A stretch of DNA of 64,000 nucleotides from Camelus dromedarius (taxonomy: Eukaryota): assembly GCF_036321535.1 (NCBI RefSeq), contig NC_087453.1:186001-250000 (forward strand), written 5' to 3'. Of this stretch, positions 50,960-60,136 are shown piece after piece. The notes beneath the pieces were generated by a model that worked only from the letters and a program-made list of their open reading frames with translations, had not been told where the DNA came from and searched no databases. The first letter of the stretch is position 1; each line of letters begins with the position of its first letter. The position numbers and the translations under genes are program-made.

Positions 50960-51420
50960 TTAGATAAGAAACACACGTGTGGCAGCACATGCACTGATAC
51001 ACATACCCACACAGCAACCAGACGAGCAAATACACAGAGGCAGAAACTGACCGCTGCAGTCTGGACACACAGACGCTCATACACAGAGACAATGACACCA
51101 GCATCCAGACCCACAACATACCTGATACACAGTGTCCCAGCATCCCATGATCACCTAACAGACAGAAAAACACCAGGTGCAGCACACCCCATATACAACA
51201 CATATGACATAACACGATGCCCTGATCACCAGACACGCTTTTGCCTGGACAAACACCGGCTGAGACCCAGACACCTTCCTACACACTACATCACCTGAAT
51301 GCTAAAACACGATAGGCATCCTTCTCACCTAGTACAGGACACACAGACATACCCTGACACCAAACAGAATACTGCTTGACACACATCGTCACACAGATGC
51401 ATCATACATGACTTACACAG
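50960..51420. repeat. Degenerate CA-rich simple repeat region
   Basis: Many acacac/acagac runs. Confidence 0.7.
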
Positions 51421-52406
51421 GGAAAGCTGGCAGCCTTGGATGCACTTCAGGGCACACACACTGACCCCTCTCCCCAAGTCCTGCATGTCTTGACCCCAGG
51501 CACAGGGATGAGGGAAGGATCACATGGGCCTCTCTGGCTCTGATTTCCAAGGGAAGGACTAACTTACCTCCCCACTGAGGGCCCCACCCTGCCTTTGCCC
51601 CACTGTGGGCACTTTGTCCCTTGAAAGAAGCAGGCCCCAAATCTACCCCTGTCCTTTGTGCCCTGCCCACAAGCTGTGTAGCCAAAGCTGCTCCAGTGTG
51701 GACAGAGCGGGTGGAAGGGGCTCAGCGAAGGGGTGCACCTTGTGCCTCTGTTTCCCAACTACAACTCCTTCCTTGCTTCATTCATTCTCAAGTCTCGGTG
51801 AGGCTGGTGCCCCATCACCCCTAGACTTGAAACGACCTTCCTGGCCAAGAGCCCAGTTCTGGGGCACAGAGGAGCAAGGTGCTGGCCGCTGATTTTGGAC
51901 TACCCCCCCAAAAGTAGACAAACACTGCTCCAATGGTCAGTAACCCCAATAAAGCCCACGGCCTCAAACTGCCTCGGCACTGCCAGGGGCCAGGCGATTC
52001 CCTGAGGGTGGCCACAAGAAGACATGGTCACAGGTTGGAAAAGAGGCCAGATCCTGCTTTGCAGGGGGAAGGCCGGTGGGGACCAAGAGTTCAAGGTCCC
52101 AACGGACAGCGGCTGCCACAGCCGCACCTTCCCAGGGCCAGGACTCAGAGACATTCAGTCCCTTCAGTTCCTGCGCGCTGGGCTTAGGGGGCAGTACCCA
52201 GCGCCTTATCGTGCCTCAGTTTACCCCATTGCCTGGAAAACGCCTCCTGCCCTGCGAGCGGCACAACTGGCCACCATGCACTGGTGGCTCAGCACATGCA
52301 GGCAACGGATCGGGAGCCGGGCGAGCGGGCTATCCCTTTGGGCCCCCTCCCCCGACCCGTCTCTCCCCGTCGCGGAGCGGCTGCAGGAATACCGCGAGAG
52401 TTCGCC

Positions 52407-52546
52407 NNNNNNNNNNNNNNNNNNNNNNNNNNNNNNNNNNNNNNNNNNNNNNNNNNNNNNNNNNNNNNNNNNNNNNNNNNNNNNNNNNNNNNNNNNNNNN
52501 NNNNNNNNNNNNNNNNNNNNNNNNNNNNNNNNNNNNNNNNNNNNNN
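52407..52546. other. Assembly gap (140 N), probably hiding the ZNF512B TSS
   Basis: Run of n inside the CpG island. Confidence 1.
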
Positions 52547-52568
52547 CCTGGCCCGCTGCGCGCCGCAG
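52547..52568 (+). other. ZNF512B: Visible 3' end of ZNF512B non-coding exon 1
   Basis: Consensus donor CAG|gtaagc at 52568/52569 upstream of coding exon 2. Confidence 0.7.
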
Positions 52569-54508
52569 GTAAGCGCCCGGCCGCGCCCCCGGCCGCGCCC
52601 CCAGGCCGCCTCCGCGCCGGCCGCGCCCCCGACCCTGACCCCGAGCGCAGGTCGTGGGGCCGAGCCCGGGGCCCCAGCCTGCCGCCCCCGCCGCGCCCGT
52701 ACCCCAGCTCCGCGCCCCGCGCCCGGCGCCGGCGCCGCGTCCCTGCCTTCTCCTTCTCCAGAAAAAGTCGCCATTTTGGTTCACTGCCTCTGGGCCCCCC
52801 CACCCCAAAGGCGCCCGCGATCGGCCCTTCCGGAGCCAGGCCGGGCCCGCACGCGGCACAGGTGACAGGTGGGTGGTGAGGCCAGTCTCCAGGTGTGCGT
52901 CCCCTGGCCCGCCTCATCTGCGCGCCCAGGCTTGGGCTGGGGTCCCGGGGCCGAGCGGCCTTGGCCGCGGTCCCGCTGCCAGCGTCGCCTGCTGTCAGCG
53001 CGTGGCACCCCTTCCCCCCAGCCCTTCGGCGAGGGTCCCACCTCTACGACCCTGCTGGGCCCTCTGGGAGGGTGGAAGTCCTTTCTCTTTTTGGTGCGCC
53101 AGTCACAGGGTCTAGATAGAAGGAGGGTCTCTGACTCCTAGTCCAGCCTCTGCCCCAGGCCCGGGAACTCTGAATTCTCCACCTAAGCTGGAGAAAGACT
53201 GGAAAGGTGGGCTCAGCAGGCACCCTCAGCCCCCACGGCTGGGGTCGTCACGGGGCTGGGGTGACTGATGCTAGCATGTCACCTCAGAAGCAGCAGTGTG
53301 AGGACTTCAAAGAAGTTTGTTTCGACCCCTCTAGACCTCCCCCAGGCTCAGGGTATAGGCATCTCCATGGCCGTGGGCAGTAACTTTCCTGATCTCTGCC
53401 CAGATGGCCCCTGGACCCTCCTAGGCACACCAGCTCCTTCCCATCCCCTCTGATATGTTAGTTGGAAACCACCAGGGGAGGGGTCACCTGCCCACAGAAC
53501 CCCCACCACTACTACCTTCTTCAGTGAACTCAGAGTCCCCCAGCTCTCAGGGTGTAGGGACCCCAGCAGAACAGGCCCACAGAGGCCCAGCCTGGGGCAG
53601 TGGAATGTTCCCTGTGGCCAGTGGCTGGTGGTCTATGGAGTGGTGCTTGGGGGGCCTGTAGATTGGGGATGGATAGTCTCTTGAGGGTGGAAATGAGGAG
53701 GAGGTCAGCCAGGTGGAGGGTGGCTGAGGGGTCCAGTGTGAGGCCTCCTTCTGGTGGGAGGGCCCCCAGCTGGAAACAGGGCCGAGAAGAGGGTCAGGTA
53801 GGGTGATGCAGCTGGCACAGGGACTAGAACCAGGTGCTGCGGGGTCCTTGGTCTGCTCCCCCTGGAGGGGTGTGTGTGCAGTTGGAGAGTGGGCTGGGGC
53901 CCTCAGGGCCCACCTTGGCTGCCTTCCATCTGTGTTCTGGGGAGAAGGATACAAGGGTACCCGCTCTTGTCCAGGGGCATTGCCTTGGGTCTGGGTGGGG
54001 CTGTGGGGGAAGGTGTCCCAAGGTACCGGGCCAGCACAGCCTATAGGCCAACAGCCACACCGGTGTAATAATTGGCCCCCAGAGGGGTATTATTGGCCTC
54101 CCTCCTCCAGGGCACCGCACCTCTCCCGGGGCCACCCACAGCCCAGCACTAGGTAGGAGGTACGTGATTCTCTGATTCTCGCACTCTCCGGGATTGTGTG
54201 TCTGGAGACAGAGGGAGTCCCGTGGGGCTGGTGAGGGTCTCAGAAGAGGGTTAGATTTTTCCAAGCTGACGGTATCTCCTGGGTCATCTGGGTCTGGGGA
54301 GACTTTGGCTGGGCAGCCCCTTCCCTAAACCAGAAGTACCCCTCACTCCATCACCTGCTTCCCTTGTGGCCAAAAGCACAGGTAGGTCGGCTCCCCTTCC
54401 TTGGGCCAAAGAGTGGACCTACCTGGGGGCAGGATTCAAGAACAGCCCATTTCAAGTCCTGAGTTGGGCCTCATGGGCCTCATAGGTCTGTTCACTTGCT
54501 CTGCAGAG

Positions 54509-54632
54509 ATGACCGATCCTTTTTGTGTTGGAGGAGGCCGCCGGCTTCCAGGGTCCAGCAAGACTGGACCTGGGAAGGATGGCAGCCGGAACGAGGTCCG
54601 ACTTCCCATGCTCCACGACCCTCCAAAGCTAG
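54509..54632 (+). CDS. ZNF512B: ZNF512B exon 2 coding part
   Basis: ctgcag|agATG ACC...CTA G|gtaaga. Confidence 0.94.
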
Positions 54633-57600
54633 GTAAGAAGAGTCAGGCCAGGTGGTCATGGGCAGCGGGGCTGGGTCTGCACCTCCGTGGATGTCAGCTT
54701 CTAGGTGCCCAGCTGGCCGCCTGGGCTCCTAAGAAGCTTCCCAGGGTGGAGGCAGCCCAGGGTCCTGGGTTCTTATCCTTGGCTGCCTGTGGCCTCCTGC
54801 CCCCCATGCCCTGCTCCAGGCTTGACTAGCCCCCTGGGTGGCTAATGAGGCTGTGGGGAATGCAGCCTCTGAGCCTCGGTGTGTTGTGTGCTGCAGGGCT
54901 GCCGATGGTCCGGGGTGGGCAGACGGTGCCCAGTCAGGGCCCACTCTGCCTTGACTCCGGAAGTTCAGCCAGCGACAGGACAGAAGGGAAGAAAAAGGGG
55001 CGTCCAAAAGCTGAGAGCCAGGCCCTCCGAGACATTCCTGTGAGCTCCCTGAGGGCTGGGTGGGGCTCCTGGGGGGTCTGCCTGGCACGCCCGCTGCCTC
55101 GCCTCCTGCACGAGCAGCAGCGAGCCCTCAGCCTACATCAGCCGGCCGCTCTGTGTGTCAGGGCTTCAGGGCAGGGCCTGGGGCCTAGTGGATCGTGTCT
55201 GTGGGGCTCAAGGAACAGTCTGGTGCACTGAGGCTCCTCAGGGGGCCTGCCTCCTACTGTAATCCAGGGTTGCAGGGCTCTGGCCTGGGGAGGGCGCTGC
55301 AGAGGCCTGGGCAGCTGTGGGGTCAGCAGCCTGGCCTCTCCCACGCCCAGCTCTCCCTGATGAACCAGTGGAAAGATGAGTTCAAGGCGCACTCGAGGGT
55401 GAAGTGTCCAAACTCTGGGTGCTGGCTGGAGTTCCCCAGCATCTACGGGCTCAAGTACCATTACCAGCGGTGCCAAGGGGTAAGGGCTGCGGCTGGGGAA
55501 GAGGAGGCCTGGGGCCTGCCCTGCCCTGGCTGTGGGCTCAGGGGTGTCTGGGCAGAGGCCTGGGCACCCCACCCCACACCTGCCCTCTCCACCCAGGGTG
55601 CCATCTCAGAAAGGCTCACCTTTCCCTGCCCCTTCTGTGAGGCCGCATTCACCTCCAAGACCCAGCTAGAGAAGCACCGGATTTGGAACCACATGGACCG
55701 GCCTCTGCCTGCCCCCAAGCCTGGGCCAGTTAGCCGGCCGGTCACCGTCAGTCGGCCCGTTGGGGTCAGCAAGCCCATTGGAGTGAGCAAACCTGTCACT
55801 ATCAGCAAGCCTATCGGCATCAGCAAGCCAGTGACGGTCAGCCGACCTGTGACAGTCACCAAGCCAGTGACGGTCAGCCGGCCTGTGCCAGCCACTAAGC
55901 CAGTGACGGTCAGCCGGCCCATGCCAGTCAACAAGCCTATACCTGTCACCAAGTCTGTGCCAATCGCCAAGCCAGTGACAGTCACCAAACCGGTGCCAGT
56001 CACCAAACCGGTGACCATCAACAAGCCAGTGCCGATGACAAAGCTCGTGACAGTTACAAAACCCATGCCGGTCACAAAGCCGGTGACGGTCAGCAGGCCC
56101 ATTGTGGTCAGTAAGCCAGTGACGGTCAGCAGACCTATTGCCATCAGCAGACACACACCGCCCTGCAAGATGGTGCTGCTGACCAAGTCTGAGAACAAGG
56201 CTCCTCGAGCCGCGGGGAGGAGCAGCGGTAAGAAAAGGTACGGGGGCTCCTACTGAGTTGGGGTTGGTGCCTCCAGCTGCAGCCTGGGGGTCACAGGGCC
56301 CAGAGTGGACTCTCCTGTCCCTCACCTCCCTGCTCCCTGCAGGGCTGCAGATGGCCTGGATGCCTGCCCCATTCCACCCAAGCAGGCGAGGCCGGAGAAC
56401 GGGGAGTATGGCCCAGCCACCACCGGCCAGAGCTCGGCCCTCCAGCAGAGCACAGAATCCAGCAGCAGCCCCCTTTCTCTGGGCAGCAGGCCCTTGGGAG
56501 GCAAGGAGGCGCTAAGGGCCTCGGGCTCTGTGTCCCCGCCTGAGGAGGGTGCGGAGCGCACAAAGCACAGTAAGATGAGGGCGGGGGCCAGTGGCTGGGA
56601 CAGGGGCGGTGCCTCCCGATGGTTATTTGACCAGAGTCTTGGTCCCTGTTTTCTCTCCCCCGAGTCAGGAAGGAAACAGAAAACACCCAAGAAGTTTACA
56701 GGGGAGCAGCCGTCCATCTCAGGGACTTTCGGACTCAAAGGTGAGGCCTCAGGCCAGCCAGGCATCTGCGGGGTTCAGCACATGTACAGGTGTGCCGGCA
56801 CCCTTGGCCCACACCTGCTCCACCTACATGTGCACACAGGCCTAGCCAAGGCGGAAGACAAATCCCGCATTCACCGTGCCAAGAAGCAGGAGGGGCCGGG
56901 CCCCGAGGACATGCGGAAGAAGGTGCCGGCCCCCACCAGCGCTGTCAGCAAGGAGGTGCCGGCCCCTGTGGCCCACCCAGCCCCAGGTGGGGGCTGCCAT
57001 GTGGTGGGGCCCAGGCCAGGTCTCGACTGTGGGGCAGATCCTGAACCACAGGGACGGAGGCTGAGTGTGGGCCCTGAGGCTCTGGCTCTGACCCTACAGG
57101 TGGCCCTGAGGAGCAGTGGCAACGAGCCATCCACGAACGAGGTGAGGCTGTCTGTCCCACCTGCAATGTGGTCACCCGAAAGACCCTCGTGGGGCTCAAA
57201 AAGCACATGGAAGTGTGCCAGAAGGTAAGGCTGCCCCCGGAGTGCCGGGAAGGGGCACCCCGGGGCCAGCTTCTCACAGGTGGGTCCTGGCTGCAGCTGC
57301 AGGATGCACTTAAGTGCCAGCACTGCCGGAAGCAGTTCAAGTCCAAGGCCGGCCTCAACTACCACACCATGGCTGAGCACAGCGCCAAGGTACACCAGTG
57401 GGCCCAGCTGCCTTCCAGCCCCGCCCACTGACCGCTGTTTTCCGACCCACCCACCTGCCCAGCACTGACCACTCACCTCTCGTCAGCACACCACTGCAGG
57501 GCTTAGTGGCTCCCATACCTGACCGGGGATGCCCGTGCCCCAGCCGCGGGACAGGGGTCCTGTGGGGGCAGGGGGCACTGAGGCTGGGCCTGCCCCCTAG

Positions 57601-60136
57601 CCCTCGGATGCCGAGGCCTCAGAGGGGAGCGAGCAGGAGGAGCGGGAGCGGCTGCGGAAGGTGCTGAAGCAGATGGGGCGGCTGCGCTGTCCGCAGGAGG
57701 TCAGTGGGCAGCCCGGGTGTGGGCACCGTGTAGGATGCGGCCGACCCTCACTGGCCACTTACCTGACCCCGGAACCCTAGGGCTGCGGGGCCGCCTTCTC
57801 CAGCCTCATGGGCTACCAGTACCACCAGCGACGCTGCGGGAAACCGCCCTGTGAGGTGGAGAGCCCCTCCTTCCCCTGCGCCCACTGCGGCAAGACCTAC
57901 CGCTCCAAGGCTGGCCACGACTACCACGTGCGCTCAGAGCACATGGCCCCGGTGAGCGGCCGCAGCCCGGCTCCCCCATCCCTCGGGCACTGGGCAGACA
58001 TGTCCATCTGCTGCCTGCTGCGTTTGCAGTCCCTTCCCTTCCTGCCAGCCACCTATACCGGGGCAGTGAGCCTGGATGGGCCCCCGTGTCCCCAGCATGC
58101 TTGCTCATGTGTTCCCTCTCTGTGGCATGTGCCCCCAGTCCCCACACCTCCAAGCGCATGGCTCCTGTGGCTCACCTGGCCTCCTCACCCTGCAGCCCCC
58201 TGAGGAGCCCGAGGACAAGCCCTCCGAGGCTGAGGACCTGTTGGGTGTCGAGCGGACCCCCAGTGGCCGCATCCGCCGCACGTCGGCCCAGGTTGCCGTG
58301 TTCCACCTGCAGGAGATCGCGGAGGATGAGCTGGCCCGGGACTGGACCAAGCGGCGGATGAAGGATGACCTGGTGCCTGAGACCGCGAGGGTGAGCCACA
58401 GCCTCCTGGTCTCTGAGCAGGACATGCCCCAGCCTGAAGCCCCCTGTGACTGGGCTGTCTGCTCACCCCCTGGGCAAGCCTCCGGTCCATGGAGGACCCA
58501 GCTGAGGACTTTCTCAGAGCAGCTGGACATGTCGGTTGGCGCTCACACTGGTGCCCGTTGGCTTCTGCAGCTCAACTACACTCGGCCAGGCCTCCCTGTG
58601 CTGAACCCCCAGCTGCTGGAGGCGTGGAAGAACGAGGTCAAGGAGAAGGGCCATGTCAACTGCCCCAATGATGTGAGCTGGGGAGGCTGGGGTGGGCTTG
58701 TGGACACTGGGAGTTGGGATGGAGGGCCCAGATGTGGCCTGGAGGGGAGCCCTCCACGTGGCCCCCACAGGGGCCTCAGATGGAATCTTGCAGGCTGAGA
58801 GGCCTCGACCTCAGTCCTCATAGCCTGGCCTGCCCACACCTCATGACTCCTGGGGTCAAGCCTGCCACTTGCCCCAGAGGGACCCCAGGTCCCAAAGGCT
58901 GGAGCAAGGAGTGTCCATTTGTGTGGGGGTACCTCCAGGAAGGCCCTCCCCGATGGTTGCCCTTTGCCCCCAGTGCTGCGAAGCTATCTACTCCAGTGTG
59001 TCTGGCCTCAAGGCCCATCTGGCCAGCTGCAGCAAGGTCAGTCCACAGGCCCTCTCCTGGGCACGATGTGTCCTCAGTGCTCCCAGCTCCCCCTGGGGTC
59101 CCCACACATTGGGTGTGCGCCCTGCCCCTGTGGGGCTAATGGCCAACCCAGCCCAGGACCCGCACCACCCCGAGCCCTAGCTGTTGGCCAGTCAGTCCTG
59201 GGTTGTTGTCCCGCCATGGGGGTTCCTTGTCTGTACCGGGACAGGTGGGCACACCGACCTGGGCTTGGGGTGAGGGCATTCCCTGGGACACCTGCCTCTC
59301 CCTACCCTCTCCTCGTCCCTCTCCTCCCCCGCATCAGGGCAACTTGGTGGCCCTGCCAGAGTGGCTTTGTGGGTCCCTGAAGCCCGCCCATTGGCTACCT
59401 GTCCAGATAAGCTGCAGTTGCCCCTGATCCTGTAGCCAAAGGGGTAGGTGGGGGGTCCTGGCTACATCTGGGTACTTCTGGTCCTCCAAGGGCTGGGGTG
59501 GGCGCCAACCTCTGGGGCCAGACTGCCCCTTGCCTTCCAGGGGGACCACCTGGTGGGGAAGTACTGCTGCCTGCTGTGTCCCAAGGAGTTCGGCTCAGAG
59601 AGCGGTGTCAAGTACCACATCCTCAAGACCCACGCGGAGGTGGGGCAGGGACGGGGTCCTGGCGTGAGAGCCCTGCTGGGCCTGTGGCTAGACCAGTTGG
59701 CCCCATGGAGGGGCCAGGCTGGGTGAGGGGTGTCCGGGTGGCAGCTCGTGTGGTCTTAGAGCAAGTGGCATCTGGCTTCCCTGGAAGTGCTGAGAGGCTT
59801 GGGAGCCCCAGACCCTGGGTCCCCGGCCACTCAGCCCTTCGGTGTCCTCGGCCACAGAGTCTCTCCATCACTGCTCTTCTCTCCCAGAACTGGTTCCGGA
59901 CTTCGGCAGACCCGCCTCCCAGACACAAAGGCCTGGACTCTCCGGTGCCCAAGAAGGAGGAGAAGAGTCTGGCTGGTGGAAAGAAGCGGGGCCGCAAGCC
60001 CAAGGAACGGCCCCCTGAGGAGCTGGCACCCAGGACACCTCCTCGCCAGGACGACTGGCCCCCAGGAGGCAGAGACAAGGGGGCCCGGGGCTCCGCTGGC
60101 CGGAAGGTGGGAGCCAGCAAGGCACCTGAGAAGTGA
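54509..60136 (+). CDS. ZNF512B: Zinc finger protein 512B, 16 coding exons, 2679 nt, 892 aa
   Basis: Exon lengths 124,143,129,641,227,72,147,125,93,99,171,195,102,63,99,249 sum to 2679 in phase; MTDPFCVGGG...KAPEK*; C2H2/C2HC fingers, AT-hook-like KKRGRKPK, HRRKQKTPKK motif; matches recalled human ZNF512B. Confidence 0.98.
54897..55039 (+). CDS. ZNF512B: ZNF512B exon 3
   Basis: LPMVRGGQTVP...KKKGRPKAE...DIP|gtgagc. Confidence 0.94.
55351..55479 (+). CDS. ZNF512B: ZNF512B exon 4
   Basis: LSLMNQWKDEF...YHYQRCQG|gtaagg. Confidence 0.94.
55597..56237 (+). CDS. ZNF512B: ZNF512B exon 5 (C2H2 finger and hexapeptide repeat)
   Basis: GAISERLTFPCPFC...GKK AG|gtacgg. Confidence 0.93.
55720..56150 (+). 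repeat. ZNF512B: Coding 18-bp minisatellite, 24 hexapeptide units [K/R]P[V/I/M]x[V/I][T/S]
   Basis: aagccagtgacggtcagc occurs four times exactly; units counted from the translation. Confidence 0.92.
56343..56569 (+). CDS. ZNF512B: ZNF512B exon 6
   Basis: AADGLDACPIPPKQARPENG...RTKH A|gtaaga. Confidence 0.93.
56669..56740 (+). CDS. ZNF512B: ZNF512B exon 7
   Basis: RKQKTPKKFTGEQPSISGTFGLK G|gtgagg. Confidence 0.93.
56840..56986 (+). CDS. ZNF512B: ZNF512B exon 8
   Basis: LAKAEDK...VAHPAP G|gtgggg. Confidence 0.92.
57100..57224 (+). CDS. ZNF512B: ZNF512B exon 9
   Basis: GPEEQWQRAIHERGEAVCPTC...EVCQK|gtaagg. Confidence 0.94.
57297..57389 (+). CDS. ZNF512B: ZNF512B exon 10
   Basis: LQDALKCQHCRKQF...EHSAK|gtacac. 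Confidence 0.93.
57601..57699 (+). CDS. ZNF512B: ZNF512B exon 11
   Basis: PSDAEASEG...LRCPQE|gtcagt. Confidence 0.94.
57781..57951 (+). CDS. ZNF512B: ZNF512B exon 12
   Basis: GCGAAFSSLMGYQYH...CAHCGKTY...HMAP|gtgagc. Confidence 0.94.
58196..58390 (+). CDS. ZNF512B: ZNF512B exon 13
   Basis: PPEEPEDK...LVPETAR|gtgagc. Confidence 0.94.
58571..58672 (+). CDS. ZNF512B: ZNF512B exon 14
   Basis: LNYTRPGLP...VNCPND|gtgagc. Confidence 0.94.
58974..59036 (+). CDS. ZNF512B: ZNF512B exon 15
   Basis: CCEAIYSSVSGLKAHLASCSK|gtcagt. Confidence 0.94.
59541..59639 (+). CDS. ZNF512B: ZNF512B exon 16
   Basis: GDHLVGKYCCLLCPKEF...KTHAE|gtgggg. Confidence 0.94.
59888..60136 (+). CDS. ZNF512B: ZNF512B exon 17 coding part
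   Basis: NWFRTSADPPP...KKRGRKPK...KAPEK TGA. Confidence 0.95.
   Translation, partial: NWFRTSADPPPRHKGLDSPVPKKEEKSLAGGKKRGRKPKERPPEELAPRTPPRQDDWPPGGRDKGARGSAGRKVGASKAPEK

Larger units (their letters stand above)
52280..53100. promoter_or_regulatory. ZNF512B CpG-island promoter
   Basis: Very high GC/CpG flanking the gap and the exon 1 donor. Confidence 0.75.

Noticed and set aside
55461-56198. 245-aa antisense ORF (GLVTVT repeats) over ZNF512B exon 5
   Set aside because: Stop-free antisense frame is a by-product of the sense 18-bp coding repeat; no independent splice or promoter evidence.
57271-57280. Alternative acceptor ttctcacag in ZNF512B intron 9
   Set aside because: Would leave a 55-nt intron and shift the frame; ctcac is more likely the branch point.
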